Virus record (IMG/VR): IMGVR_UViG_3300021426_000001
Strand: one strand, 5' to 3'
DNA from: a virus
Lineage: Duplodnaviria; Caudoviricetes
Length of the DNA stretch: 64,000 nucleotides
A model generated the notes under the pieces. The model saw nothing but the letters and a program-made list of their open reading frames with translations. It made no database searches and was not told where the DNA came from. A program made the position numbers and the translations under genes. Shown here piece after piece: positions 43,696 through 53,514 of this stretch. How positions within the stretch are numbered: the first letter of the stretch is position 1; every line of letters starts with the position of its first letter.

Positions 43696-44253
43696 TTATG
43701 CCTCCACCCAGTCAGTGAGGTTGTTGAAGCCATCGGTGTGATTGCCGTAGACTTCTTCGTATTCGTTGTAGGACTTCCTGAGAGAGTCGTAGTGTCTCAC
43801 GCGTTCTTTTACGTCGATGCCGAGAGTGATCGGCTCGGAGACCTGAACAAGACGCTTGAAGCTGAGAGAGCCGTAAGTGGTGTAGTCGTTGCAGTGACGG
43901 ATAGCAGTGCGTTCAGCTTCCTTAGCAGTCTTAGCGTAGACTTCGCCCTTGCGGACAGAAGTTCCGAGCTGCGGATTGTAGCGGTTGTATTCGTAGATCC
44001 AGCGGCGGAGCGGATTCTTTTCACGGCGCTTGCGCTGACGCTTCGGCTTGGGAGCTTCTTCAACAGCAACAGCTCCGATGTTGTGATGTCCAGCGTAGCC
44101 GTAGCCGACTTCGTTGAGAGGAACGGTGTCGCCGTTGTGGAAGTTCACGGAGAGATCTTCGTCGTGGACGGAGACGATGTCACAGTCATACTTCTTGAGG
44201 AGAGCGGAGAGTTCGTTGCGGAAGTCTTGATGGTTGTTGAGGATGTTTTCCAT
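43696..44253 (-). CDS. hypothetical protein
   Basis: Start MENILN after early promoter 44296-44324. Confidence 0.7.
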   Translation of the reverse strand: MENILNNHQDFRNELSALLKKYDCDIVSVHDEDLSVNFHNGDTVPLNEVGYGYAGHHNIGAVAVEEAPKPKRQRKRREKNPLRRWIYEYNRYNPQLGTSVRKGEVYAKTAKEAERTAIRHCNDYTTYGSLSFKRLVQVSEPITLGIDVKERVRHYDSLRKSYNEYEEVYGNHTDGFNNLTDWVEA

Positions 44254-44540
44254 ATTGTAGGTCCTTTGAAAGAGGTTGATTTGTTTTACATGTCTAATAT
44301 AGGATTTTCTCAACAGTTTGTAAATGGTAAAAATTGAGAAATCTCAATTTTTTCTCACAGACGGATTTCGATGTTCTTGACGCCGTGCTTCTTGTAGAGC
44401 TTGGCTAGGTTAGACTTGCACCAGAGCTCGAAGTCGGACATGAGAGACTTGTCGAACTGAGCGATGCAGTGTTCTCTCTTGTACTTGCCGTAGACTTTGC
44501 GGATGACCATTATCGTTGACATAGTTTCTCCTTTAGAAGT

Positions 44541-44807
44541 TTAGGTGGGCATGGAAGGATCGAGTTCGAGATAGCCCTTGTCGCAGCATACGCAGTTGAA
44601 AGAGCCTTCGTAGTTAGTGAAGCCGAGGAATTCACCTTCTTTGCCAGTGTTGTCAGATCTGTAGTAGAGATAGTCGCCGTAGTCTTCGTCGCAGACTTCA
44701 AGGAACCATTCTCCAGTAGAGGTGTCATAGAAGACGTTGCGGTTGTAGGAAGACAGCGATTTAGTCCATTTCCAGTTGCAGAGGTCGATTTTGCGAAGTT
44801 CTTTCAT
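44541..44807 (-). CDS. hypothetical protein
   Basis: Start MKELRK after early promoter 44836-44864. Confidence 0.65.
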   Translation of the reverse strand: MKELRKIDLCNWKWTKSLSSYNRNVFYDTSTGEWFLEVCDEDYGDYLYYRSDNTGKEGEFLGFTNYEGSFNCVCCDKGYLELDPSMPT

Positions 44808-44835
44808 TGTTATGTCCCTTGTTTTGTACATACAC

Positions 44836-44864
44836 AATATAGGATTTTCTCTACGTTTTGTAAA
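44836..44864 (-). promoter_or_regulatory. early promoter with perfect 12-bp inverted repeat
   Basis: GGATTTTCTCTA/TAGAGAAAATCC around TTTACA. Confidence 0.75.
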
Positions 44865-44907
44865 TAGAGAAAATCCAAAAACTGTAACAAAGTCTGTATA
44901 GTTTTTG

Positions 44908-45309
44908 TTACTTTCTTACGCAGTGACGATCGCTGAGATCGTATGTCACGGCTTCGCAGGACTCTTTTCTGAAGTCTAGCTCATAGTCGTTCATCGGAAA
45001 GTTCTTCACAGTGCTCACTTCTCTCGGCTCGTTCATCACCAGGTGGCCCCAGCCCCAGATTAGATTCGTGTAAGTGACTGAGATCGTGTTTAGGACTTCA
45101 ACATCTGCGCCTCCAGACAAGAATCCTCCTCCACGCTGAACGTTCAGAGGATTGATTATCTTGGTGTCGCCGCACGGTGTCTGGTACACCAGCATGACTC
45201 CACGACGCTTGACTACTACTCTATCGCCCTTCATCACCTTCGACGTATAGTAGCAGTCAGCAAAAGCCGTGCAGGAGAGCAAGATGATCATCAACAAGAT
45301 CTTACGCAT
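44908..45309 (-). CDS. secreted hypothetical protein
   Basis: Signal-peptide-like MRKILLMIILLSCTAFA. Confidence 0.6.
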   Translation of the reverse strand: MRKILLMIILLSCTAFADCYYTSKVMKGDRVVVKRRGVMLVYQTPCGDTKIINPLNVQRGGGFLSGGADVEVLNTISVTYTNLIWGWGHLVMNEPREVSTVKNFPMNDYELDFRKESCEAVTYDLSDRHCVRK

Positions 45310-45775
45310 CGCTTACCTCGGCTTCTGGATCTGGATCGTTCCAGTAGTGATGGAAAGCTTCGATTGCTCTCTTGTAGTCGTCTACGTGAGTCACCTGAAT
45401 CTCGTATAGCGGGTACTGATGAGTCTCTGCGATGTAGTTAGCCTCTTCTCCGAGTCCCATGTGCTTTCCGAGTGCTTTGCCATTCTTGTAGCTCTTCTGT
45501 CCGACATCGAAGTAGTAGTCTGAAGACTCAGTCATGACGCCGTAGATCCATTTGTCGCCATCGCCGAGATCGCAGCCCCAGAACTCAGATATCTCTTCGT
45601 ACTCGGAGACTTCAGTGTCCTTGTCCTGATCAAACAGACCCTCGTCGACTGATAAGATAGCCTGGATGTCATCTCTGCTGATCGGCTTGTCAGTCACGTA
45701 CCAGCCCCAGTCTCCGTTCCCAGTCTTGTATATGTAGCCGAATAGCGTCTCTTTCTGCTCTTTCTTTTTCTTCAT
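45302..45775 (-). CDS. acidic hypothetical protein
   Basis: 157-aa ORF. Confidence 0.65.
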   Translation of the reverse strand: MKKKKEQKETLFGYIYKTGNGDWGWYVTDKPISRDDIQAILSVDEGLFDQDKDTEVSEYEEISEFWGCDLGDGDKWIYGVMTESSDYYFDVGQKSYKNGKALGKHMGLGEEANYIAETHQYPLYEIQVTHVDDYKRAIEAFHHYWNDPDPEAEVSDA

Positions 45776-46032
45776 ACTTTGCTCCTGTCCTCTTCGCCAC
45801 AGTCTACGACAGAAGTGACGACGACTGATGTTACTTCGTCTTTGTTCGGATCAGGAATGCCGAGAATAGTCATTCGCTGCGGAAGCTCGTACTTCTCGTT
45901 CTTAGACTCTTCCATGAAGTACTGAGCTAGCTCTGAGCCTCTCTTGCTAGTCACTCGGATGAAGGCGCCGTTGAAGTTGTACCCGAGCTTAGTTGTGCCC
46001 TGTACACAGATCAGATATGCGTGTGGATTCAC
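45772..46032 (-). CDS. hypothetical protein
   Basis: Coupled ORF. Confidence 0.6.
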   Translation of the reverse strand: MNPHAYLICVQGTTKLGYNFNGAFIRVTSKRGSELAQYFMEESKNEKYELPQRMTILGIPDPNKDEVTSVVVTSVVDCGEEDRSKV

Positions 46033-46253
46033 TTTTGATTCTCCTTTCGTTCTTTGTCCTGGCAGTCATTGCAGAGCCATCTGCCGTGCATATAGGTCAT
46101 TCCGCCGACTCCAGTCGTTTCTCTTCCACAGCTTTCGCAGATATGATTAGCTGGACGGAGATTCCTCTTCTCGCCAAGCCACGTCTTCGGAAACACTCTG
46201 CGGCGAAATTTAGGAAACCCAGCAATCTTGAATAAATCTTCCAAATGACTCAT
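46029..46253 (-). CDS. small Zn-finger protein
   Basis: CESC...CNDC. Confidence 0.6.
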   Translation of the reverse strand: MSHLEDLFKIAGFPKFRRRVFPKTWLGEKRNLRPANHICESCGRETTGVGGMTYMHGRWLCNDCQDKERKENQK

Positions 46254-46280
46254 CGCATCTCCCTTTTAGTAAGACTTCAT

Positions 46281-46538
46281 CTAGTAGAGACGGAACACCT
46301 TGATCTTTCCGTCTTTCTTCTCTTCGAACACTTCGTAGGTGTAGTCAGTGTGGTCGAATCGGTCCCAGGTCTGACGCTTGACCATCTCTCCAGTGAGAGT
46401 CTTCATGTCGTACTTGCTCACGGGCAAGAGTCCAGACTGTTCCATTCCGTTCTGTAAGCCCACAATGACCAAATCATCGTCAACATTCTCTAATAGCTTC
46501 TTGAGATCTCCAACTTTCATGTCACTCATACCATGCAT
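46281..46538 (-). CDS. hypothetical protein
   Basis: MKVGDLKKLLENVDDD phage-typical start. Confidence 0.6.
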   Translation of the reverse strand: MHGMSDMKVGDLKKLLENVDDDLVIVGLQNGMEQSGLLPVSKYDMKTLTGEMVKRQTWDRFDHTDYTYEVFEEKKDGKIKVFRLY

Positions 46539-46921
46539 CTCCTTTCATTCTGCTTCTCAGCAGCGTCATCGCATGAAGCTACGTCGCTGTCTCGGCAGAC
46601 GAGCGCTACGTATCTCTTCAGTGTTCCGAGCGAAGTGCTCCATGCGAACATCTTGCACTTGTACTCGACGTCGTCTTTCTTCACTCGAACATCGATCGTC
46701 TTATTGTTCTCGTAAGCGTCGATCACGGTCTTGCATCCGTGAAGTACACAGAGACAGTCGTATCCGAGATCATCTTCGAGCTTTCCGTGAGCGTAGATCT
46801 CGCTGAAGATCTCAGTCGATCTCTTCAGCTCCAAGTAATATGGATCCATGTCTTTCGTTTCAAAGTCATGTATGTTAGCCAGGATTGGCGTTTCCCAGTC
46901 AGTTTCAATTTTCTTGTCCAT
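46526..46921 (-). CDS. hypothetical protein
   Basis: 131-aa ORF. Confidence 0.65.
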   Translation of the reverse strand: MDKKIETDWETPILANIHDFETKDMDPYYLELKRSTEIFSEIYAHGKLEDDLGYDCLCVLHGCKTVIDAYENNKTIDVRVKKDDVEYKCKMFAWSTSLGTLKRYVALVCRDSDVASCDDAAEKQNERRCMV

Positions 46922-47121
46922 TTATGCTCCTCTGTAGAGTTTTGGAAATTCTTTCTTGAGATCGATCAGCTCTGGTTCACCAGTAGGAAGTCTATCGTCC
47001 AGATGGTTGAATGAGTCCAGGTTGTGCTTGATCGTCAGCTTAAGTCGTCTGTAAGCTACACAGACTACCACCGAGATGCATACGCTTACTGTTGCGATTA
47101 GTGCGAATAGTACTGTCATAG

Positions 47122-47523
47122 TTAGTTCAACTGTAGATTGCTGTGATTGACACGTACCTCGATGGAGATCTGTTCTTTTTCGAACTTCTCCTTGATCGTC
47201 TTGAGCTCTTCAATCAGATCTTTCGCGACGTATAGACGCTTCCATTCTCCGATAGTGTCGCGGTCTGCGTAGAAGTGCCAATCTTGTGTATCACGGCAGT
47301 CGAAAATGACAGATCGATAGTGGTAAGTCTTGTTTGGATCTTTTGTCATGCCGAGTATTTTCACGATGACCTCTGAGTCATCGCGGATCGATTGCGGCAT
47401 AGCTTTTCCAGCTTTCTTGAAGACCGTTGTCACAGCTGTTCGGAAGATCTCGAAACCATCTTTAGCGCCGAGGCCACGGAGGCTCATGTGCGGATCTGCT
47501 TTTTCCCTATTTGTCATTCTCAT
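47122..47523 (-). CDS. hypothetical protein, paralog family A
   Basis: TKDPNKTYHYRSVIFDC, similar to 49522-49893. Confidence 0.7.
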   Translation of the reverse strand: MRMTNREKADPHMSLRGLGAKDGFEIFRTAVTTVFKKAGKAMPQSIRDDSEVIVKILGMTKDPNKTYHYRSVIFDCRDTQDWHFYADRDTIGEWKRLYVAKDLIEELKTIKEKFEKEQISIEVRVNHSNLQLN

Positions 47524-47525
47524 AG

Positions 47526-47942
47526 TTAAAACTCCTTATAGCTGTCACTGCCGTTAGAGGTGAGGGAGACTGGGTTGCGGATCTCAGTCTCGATTTCGAT
47601 TTTACGGGATCCCTTTGTGAAAGTCTTCTTGATATTATTGAGCTGAGTGAAGAGAGATTCTACTGTAGCGATGCTCTGCTGAATATGCATCTGATGAGTC
47701 ATGCAGTCGATTAGACCCTGACCTATATCTCTGTTGCATGTGAATGTGACTTCACGGAACTTCTGAGTGCAGCCATTCCAGGACATTCCTGATCCTCGAA
47801 CGATGACTCGGACTTCATATCCTCTCGGCATAGCCTTTGGTAGCTTTGCGCTCGGAAAGATAGAGGTGACTGCGTTGTAGAACATCTCATAGACATCCTT
47901 CGGATTTTCAGCGAGAGCGTAGAAGACTTTTTCTTTAGCCAT
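47526..47942 (-). CDS. hypothetical protein, paralog family A
   Basis: AVTSIF..LPKAMP..V.VIVRG...VTFTC pattern; early promoter 47974-48002. Confidence 0.65.
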   Translation of the reverse strand: MAKEKVFYALAENPKDVYEMFYNAVTSIFPSAKLPKAMPRGYEVRVIVRGSGMSWNGCTQKFREVTFTCNRDIGQGLIDCMTHQMHIQQSIATVESLFTQLNNIKKTFTKGSRKIEIETEIRNPVSLTSNGSDSYKEF

Positions 47943-48015
47943 TTTGAGATCCTTGGTTGAGGTTTACATAGTCAATATAGGAATAACTACTTGACTTGTA
48001 AACCCTAAATTTTCT

Positions 48016-48537
48016 CTACTTCGGCTGAATTCTCTTGCAGACATCATTCGCCATAGCTGCGAAGTCTGGCCCGTAGTCATCAGCAGAGAGATGATCTTCG
48101 CTGTCCTTTCCGTCGTGGCACTCGCATGTTCCCCAAGCAGACTTGCACTTGTGACAGTACGTGTTGCCGTCCTTCGGGATGTAAGCTCGAATGCGATTGT
48201 CAGGATCCAGGTAGATAGCGAAGTAGACGGGATATTCCCAGTCTCCTCCAGCGAAGGCCCAGAGATAGTCAGTTCCGTCTGAGAGACAGCCCATGCGGCA
48301 CTCGTCAGGAATATCGGAGTTTTCGAAGTCGAAGTCGATCTTCTGAACGTCATCATTAGCTGGACAGTCGCTGTAGGCTATGCAGTGATGAACGTAGTTT
48401 TGAATCACGTCAGTGTCGTCGTTGAAGTCGATGTCCTCGCCGTCGACATATCTCTGCATCCTCTTGCTCTGGAGCTCTTCTGTCATCTTAGCGACGATGT
48501 CAGCTTTCTTTGATCCTGCTTTAGCGTATCTCGGCAT
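48016..48537 (-). CDS. conserved phage hypothetical protein
   Basis: AGGDWEYPVYFAIYLD...RAYIPKDGNT. Confidence 0.7.
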   Translation of the reverse strand: MPRYAKAGSKKADIVAKMTEELQSKRMQRYVDGEDIDFNDDTDVIQNYVHHCIAYSDCPANDDVQKIDFDFENSDIPDECRMGCLSDGTDYLWAFAGGDWEYPVYFAIYLDPDNRIRAYIPKDGNTYCHKCKSAWGTCECHDGKDSEDHLSADDYGPDFAAMANDVCKRIQPK

Positions 48538-48717
48538 CCTGGGCCTCCTTTGGTCTGTTGTAGTAGTAGTCCATCATGTTTTCCCAAGCAGAGCCAAATC
48601 TCGGCATGAGTTCAAGACGACACATCTCGTAGAATTTCTGTCTGAGACGGATAGTAAACTTCACGTCCATCAGGTTGTACTGAAAATATGCGTCATAGTC
48701 TGGTTGCCACATCTTAC

Positions 48718-49245
48718 TCATCTTTTCATCTCCAGTTTCTTGTTAATGTCTACGTTCATATTTGTGAATACGAATCCCGCTTTCTCAATCTCGGCCTCTT
48801 TCTCTCGTCTCAGCTTCTCTGCGTACATAGCGTCAACTTCTGCTTTGAGCTTCATAGCGTCTTCTATCTTGTCGTGGTACTGAATCTTCCTGCCGAGCGG
48901 ATCCTCCCAGATGCAGTTACGGTCTCCGTAAGGCATCCAGCGCCACTCTTCCCACCCGTCATCTTCTAATGTCACGCCATATCGTCCGATCGCGAAGTGC
49001 CAGACCACGAACTTTCCGTTAGCGCACTGACAAATCTTCGTCTGATATTTGTGCTTGGAAGCGTAGATGCTCTTTGCGACTCCTCGGATGATCGACAGCA
49101 GGATGAAGAAGACTGCGATGAGTAGAAAGCCTGATCCCATCACCTTGTCTGTATCTTTTTGTGACAATTCGATAGATGAGCATACCGCGACTCCGCCGAA
49201 TAGGTATGCTAAAGTGAAGAATCCCCATAGATATATCATTCTCAT
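48718..49245 (-). CDS. membrane protein
   Basis: Two N-terminal TM helices. Confidence 0.65.
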   Translation of the reverse strand: MRMIYLWGFFTLAYLFGGVAVCSSIELSQKDTDKVMGSGFLLIAVFFILLSIIRGVAKSIYASKHKYQTKICQCANGKFVVWHFAIGRYGVTLEDDGWEEWRWMPYGDRNCIWEDPLGRKIQYHDKIEDAMKLKAEVDAMYAEKLRREKEAEIEKAGFVFTNMNVDINKKLEMKR

Positions 49246-49248
49246 GAT

Positions 49249-49512
49249 CTACTTGACCTCTCTTGCCTGGAACTGGTTGAGCTGTTCTTGACAGAGCTCG
49301 AAGTCCATTCGAGTCGACTTGATCAGTCTGCCGAGACGCTGACGGTTCTGATCTTGAAGCTTGATCATCTCTTCGACTTGAGTCTGAATTTCGATCATCT
49401 TCTTAGCGTCATGCGTCTCCTGAATCAGCATACCTCCCTCTATGCAGCTAACGATCAATACGATGAGCGCTGCGATAGATGCGAAAACGTTAACTTCTAT
49501 TGTCTTTCCCAT
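49249..49512 (-). CDS. membrane-anchored coiled-coil protein
   Basis: TM helix then coiled coil. Confidence 0.55.
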   Translation of the reverse strand: MGKTIEVNVFASIAALIVLIVSCIEGGMLIQETHDAKKMIEIQTQVEEMIKLQDQNRQRLGRLIKSTRMDFELCQEQLNQFQAREVK

Positions 49513-49521
49513 GAGGTTCTC

Positions 49522-49893
49522 CTACTTGATTTTGAATTTGTCTTCTCTGATCGAGATTTCGAGAATGATGCCCTCAGACTTATATTTCGACTTTATGAGC
49601 ACCACGCATTCATCTAAGCGCTTGAGTGTCTTAATTTCTCTCCATGACCTCAAACCATTTCTGTCTTCATAGACAAAAGAGGCATTGCTAGAGACACCGC
49701 ACTGGAAGATGACTTGGTCATATTTGTACTTCGTGTTCGGATCTTTCGTTTCTCCGACAAGACGTATAGTAGCTACGCTGCTCGGTCCTATTCGCATGGG
49801 AAGCTTGTCTGCTATTCCGAAGTGAATGTCTAGAACATCACGGAAGAGATTGTAGGATTTAGCCTGATCATTGAAGTCTTCGTTGATTCTCAT
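49522..49893 (-). CDS. hypothetical protein, paralog family A
   Basis: TKDPNTKYKYDQVIFQC. Confidence 0.7.
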   Translation of the reverse strand: MRINEDFNDQAKSYNLFRDVLDIHFGIADKLPMRIGPSSVATIRLVGETKDPNTKYKYDQVIFQCGVSSNASFVYEDRNGLRSWREIKTLKRLDECVVLIKSKYKSEGIILEISIREDKFKIK

Positions 49894-49902
49894 CTTGCGC
49901 TC

Positions 49903-50325
49903 CTAGATTCCATCGAACGGTTCTTCTTCATCAGCTGGCCAGTACTTGACGCCGTCCATTCCCTCATCAGATACGAAGCTGGTCTTGTAACCCTTCTTCT
50001 CGAAGATCTCAGCAGCGAGTGACTGCTCTTCACAGCTAGTGAAGTAGATCTCGTCGCTGACTGGAGAGCTCTTGATGTGAGCTTCCACTCGTTCTTGAAC
50101 TCGACTGAGACGAACATCTAGAGCACGCTTCGCAGCATCTTTCTGCCATGTAGAGGCGAGTTCGAGTTCGATCTGGTGGTGAAGCATGTCGATGGCTTTG
50201 TGGTCGCCTTCTTTGACTTTGCCGTCTTTGACGATCTTGCCCCAGATGACAGCTTCGATTGCGCCGTCAGCGAGAGTCAAGATCTCGTCCATGTACGGCT
50301 TGAGGTCTATTTCTTGGTGTTGCAT
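49903..50325 (-). CDS. hypothetical protein
   Basis: After early promoter 50365-50393. Confidence 0.7.
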   Translation of the reverse strand: MQHQEIDLKPYMDEILTLADGAIEAVIWGKIVKDGKVKEGDHKAIDMLHHQIELELASTWQKDAAKRALDVRLSRVQERVEAHIKSSPVSDEIYFTSCEEQSLAAEIFEKKGYKTSFVSDEGMDGVKYWPADEEEPFDGI

Positions 50326-50594
50326 TGGCTGGTCCTTGTTGATGATGAATTGTTTTACACAGTCAATATAAGAAAATCAGGGCTCTTTGTAAACCCTGAT
50401 TTTTAGATTTTCTCGAATTCTCTATCTCAGAATCTGCTCACGCACAAATCCCTTCGAATCCCAGTACTCGGATAGATATTTTGGAGACTCTGACTCGGTA
50501 GCGCAGGCATTGAAACTCGGTCCATCACGGTTTACATCTCTCATTGATCTCATGCCAGATTCTATCACACGCTGCCATTTCTTTGCGTTGGTAT

Positions 50595-50822
50595 TCATTT
50601 CACCTCCTGAGCTTCTTGCTGTCTCCTGCGCTCATATTCACGCTTAGCCCAGTTGTCTTCTGGATTCTCTTCCCAGTCTGGACAGCTGGGATCATAGGTC
50701 GGCCAGTGGTGCTTCTTGCAAAGAGAGATCCACTGCCCAGACATATCCCTGCATCGGTGGTCGTAGCAGTGCTTGCACATCTGGCAGCGCAGAAAGTCAT
50801 CTCTGTTCTTTGGACTAGGCAT
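50595..50822 (-). CDS. small Cys-rich protein
   Basis: CQMCKHC...C...C..W. Confidence 0.55.
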   Translation of the reverse strand: MPSPKNRDDFLRCQMCKHCYDHRCRDMSGQWISLCKKHHWPTYDPSCPDWEENPEDNWAKREYERRRQQEAQEVK

Positions 50823-51189
50823 TCGATCCTCCCATGAGCTTCAGAAGGTACTTGACTCCCTTCTTCTCGCATATCTTCATCGCGTGAGCAGTTCCCTTGC
50901 TCTTTCCGTCCCAGATGATCAGAGCGACGTCAGCCTCTTTGACCATCTCTACGTTCCTTACATATCCAGCAGCTCGACCGTTCTTGTCCCAGTCTGCGGG
51001 ATGCTCTTCATAGGGAATCTTATGCTCGATAGCGTACAGTCTCGCTAGAGTGTCGACTCCCTTAGCGCCACCCTCTATGATGGTAATGTCTTCGCCATTT
51101 AGCATGACGCTCATCATCTCATCTAGCGCCTGGAAGACTTTGTGCTTATCGGTGATAGTTCTACTGCCCGATACGAGAAGCTTCTTCAT
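50815..51189 (-). CDS. YspA/cpYpsA SLOG-family (DUF2493) protein
   Basis: VSGSR, GGAKGVD, PADW...GRAAG..RN, WDGKSKGT. Confidence 0.85.
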   Translation of the reverse strand: MKKLLVSGSRTITDKHKVFQALDEMMSVMLNGEDITIIEGGAKGVDTLARLYAIEHKIPYEEHPADWDKNGRAAGYVRNVEMVKEADVALIIWDGKSKGTAHAMKICEKKGVKYLLKLMGGSNA

Positions 51190-51475
51190 ACTGCCTCAAC
51201 CTCTCCAAGAATTCTGGAGTGTCTGGATCTTCGACCTCTTCAAACGTACAATCGAGAAATATCTTCTTGAGGAAGAGCTCGCTCTTCGTACTGAGTGGTC
51301 CCAGCTCACGAGTTCTCATAAATTCTGCTATCTGTTCGAGAGCTGGCTCAAAACAGAAACGAGCAGCCTTGTTGATGTCGTCCGTCAGGTAGTCTTCCAG
51401 CTTCTCGTGGGACTTTCCGATCTCTACAATGAGATATTTCTGTGCTGGTGAATACTTTACTACATGGTTCTTCAT
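51161..51475 (-). CDS. hypothetical protein
   Basis: Coupled ORF. Confidence 0.55.
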   Translation of the reverse strand: MKNHVVKYSPAQKYLIVEIGKSHEKLEDYLTDDINKAARFCFEPALEQIAEFMRTRELGPLSTKSELFLKKIFLDCTFEEVEDPDTPEFLERLRQYEEASRIGQ

Positions 51476-51774
51476 ATCGCCTCTCCCTCTCGAAGCTCGC
51501 CATTCGTGATGAAGTACGTCAAGTGCTCGACTGCGCCATCGATGCTATCTGGCTTCACGTACTCGTAAGCATAGTCGTCTTTGTAGCGAGTGATGTCGAT
51601 CTTGTCATTGTCAACATCTATCGTGACCATGTTGTCTTCAGCGATATAGATCGCAGCCTGATTCGGACGGTCATAGTAGTGGCGAAAGATAGAGATCTTC
51701 CCCTTCTCTTCTTTCTTCTTCATCTTCTTCTTGCAGAGAAGAGCGTCGATTATTGCGTCTGTAGTGATTTTCAT
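51472..51774 (-). CDS. hypothetical protein
   Basis: Coupled ORF. Confidence 0.6.
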   Translation of the reverse strand: MKITTDAIIDALLCKKKMKKKEEKGKISIFRHYYDRPNQAAIYIAEDNMVTIDVDNDKIDITRYKDDYAYEYVKPDSIDGAVEHLTYFITNGELREGEAI

Positions 51775-52079
51775 ACTGGATTCACCTCTGTTGTTGCGCT
51801 GTACTGGACTTTCAGCGTTATTGAGTCAGTAAACATAGCGAAGTGGACATTCTTATGGCAGAGCTTCCTGAGTGATCCGTAGATGAGAAGCTCACGTAGT
51901 CCCTTGCTAGGACAGCTGATCGTAACGAACGAAGAGCATACAGACGGATCACCTGAGCGGAAGTACACGGGAGGAGTCTTGCCGTAAGTGCTCCAGTCGA
52001 TCTCCAGGTCTGCGAATCCAGACTCTTGTCTGAGCTTCTCTTCGAAGATTGCTTTGTAGTTTTTGCGGGTTATTCTCAT
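51771..52079 (-). CDS. hypothetical protein
   Basis: Coupled ORF. Confidence 0.6.
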   Translation of the reverse strand: MRITRKNYKAIFEEKLRQESGFADLEIDWSTYGKTPPVYFRSGDPSVCSSFVTISCPSKGLRELLIYGSLRKLCHKNVHFAMFTDSITLKVQYSATTEVNPV

Positions 52080-52300
52080 AGCTGTACCTGAGTGAGGTCA
52101 GTGAAAGACTTGGTCTTGCCGATCGTGATGTCGCTGAGCGGAATGTCGAACTCGGTGGCGTTGTCGAACATGTTGTCGCGGTTGTAGAAGTCATCGTCCA
52201 TCATGTACTTCATCTGGTTGACGAGATTCTTTGCCTGTTCGTCGGAGATTTCAGATTTAGTTTCGATTGTGATCGGGAGATAGACGGTCTTAGTTGCCAT
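52076..52300 (-). CDS. hypothetical protein
   Basis: After early promoter 52341-52369. Confidence 0.65.
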   Translation of the reverse strand: MATKTVYLPITIETKSEISDEQAKNLVNQMKYMMDDDFYNRDNMFDNATEFDIPLSDITIGKTKSFTDLTQVQL

Positions 52301-52384
52301 TTTGAGGTCCTTTGTTGAGGTTGATTGTTGTTACAGTTGAAATATAGGAAACTTCAAGAGAATTCTAAACCTCATTTCTCAACT

Positions 52385-52645
52385 TTATTCATCATCTTCT
52401 TCACATTCTCTTTCATACTGCTCTGCTAGCTCATAGTACAGGTCGCTCGGCATCAATCTGCATACGTATTCATATTTGCCATATCTCTCTTGAATGTGCT
52501 TGTACTCTCTGAGCATGTCAAGGAGATCTTTCATTTTGAATTCGTTAGCGTCTGCATATTGCTTCTTGAACTCTTTATCCTTTTCGAGCGTTTCACAGAA
52601 CTTGATAGCTTGATCTACATTTGCCATATTTTCTCCTTTTCTCAA
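52385..52645 (-). CDS. hypothetical protein
   Basis: 86-aa ORF. Confidence 0.6.
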   Translation of the reverse strand: MRKGENMANVDQAIKFCETLEKDKEFKKQYADANEFKMKDLLDMLREYKHIQERYGKYEYVCRLMPSDLYYELAEQYERECEEDDE

Positions 52646-53514
52646 TTAGCCATGAAAAATTTGTCTCTGTTGGCTTCGACGAACCTGAGCATGTCGACAG
52701 TCTCTGTGTATTTGAGCAGATCCATCAGTCTTATCTCATGTTCAATGCGCTTCTTGTGCTGCTCTTCATGGAAGAGCATGTTCGCTGCGTCGTTGTTGTG
52801 GGAGAGCATCCAGTCAGAGTGTTCGATCTCTTCGATAGACTTCCATCTGACCATGAGAGACTCGCTGAACCCGACGTTTGTGACAATCTGATGGATGTCA
52901 GAGTCTGCCTTCGGATAGTAGGTATTATCTCCGATCTTGAAGGAGTACTGCTCGAAAGACTCGCCCCACCCGTCAGAGAACTGACCCTCTGCGTCATCTG
53001 CTATCGCTTTCAGCGTCTTCTTGAACTTCTCAGTGTCCATGACTATGTTCTCGTCGATCAAGTACTCTACGCAGAGCGAGAGTCCCTTCTCGTCGTCGAA
53101 AGAGATGAAGTGCTTCGACGGCTTAACTCCATCTGGCAGATCTTCTTCATTGTGAGGGAAACTTCTCGCAAACCAAGTCGGACTATACCACGCTAAGAGG
53201 TCTGGAAGGATCTTCTTCTGCTCTTCCAGCGACAGCTCCTGAAAGTCATCGCCGTCATCTCTGCGTACCCTCAGATTGTAATAGATCTGAACTTGTTGCC
53301 AGTAGGTTACATTGTCTCTCTTAGCGAGAAGCGGATCTACGTCCTCTTTGCGATAGAACTTCTCTGTGTCGCTGACGCTGCTATACTCTTGTCCGACGAT
53401 AGCGACTGTCTCGCTCGTGTCGTCTATTGAACCTATCTCGAACGAGTATTCACGTAGACCATACTCGTTCAACTCTTCTGAATTGCTCATTTTAAGCTCC
53501 TTAGACTTTTCCAA
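52642..53514 (-). CDS. hypothetical protein (GQFSDGWGE motif)
   Basis: 290-aa ORF. Confidence 0.7.
   Translation of the reverse strand: MEKSKELKMSNSEELNEYGLREYSFEIGSIDDTSETVAIVGQEYSSVSDTEKFYRKEDVDPLLAKRDNVTYWQQVQIYYNLRVRRDDGDDFQELSLEEQKKILPDLLAWYSPTWFARSFPHNEEDLPDGVKPSKHFISFDDEKGLSLCVEYLIDENIVMDTEKFKKTLKAIADDAEGQFSDGWGESFEQYSFKIGDNTYYPKADSDIHQIVTNVGFSESLMVRWKSIEEIEHSDWMLSHNNDAANMLFHEEQHKKRIEHEIRLMDLLKYTETVDMLRFVEANRDKFFMAN

Noticed and set aside
5476-53196. Long plus-strand ORFs opposite real genes (e.g. 5476, 20361, 29142, 31413, 37497, 43624, 52621)
   Set aside because: Antisense shadows caused by codon bias of the minus-strand genes; no promoter, RBS or family motifs.
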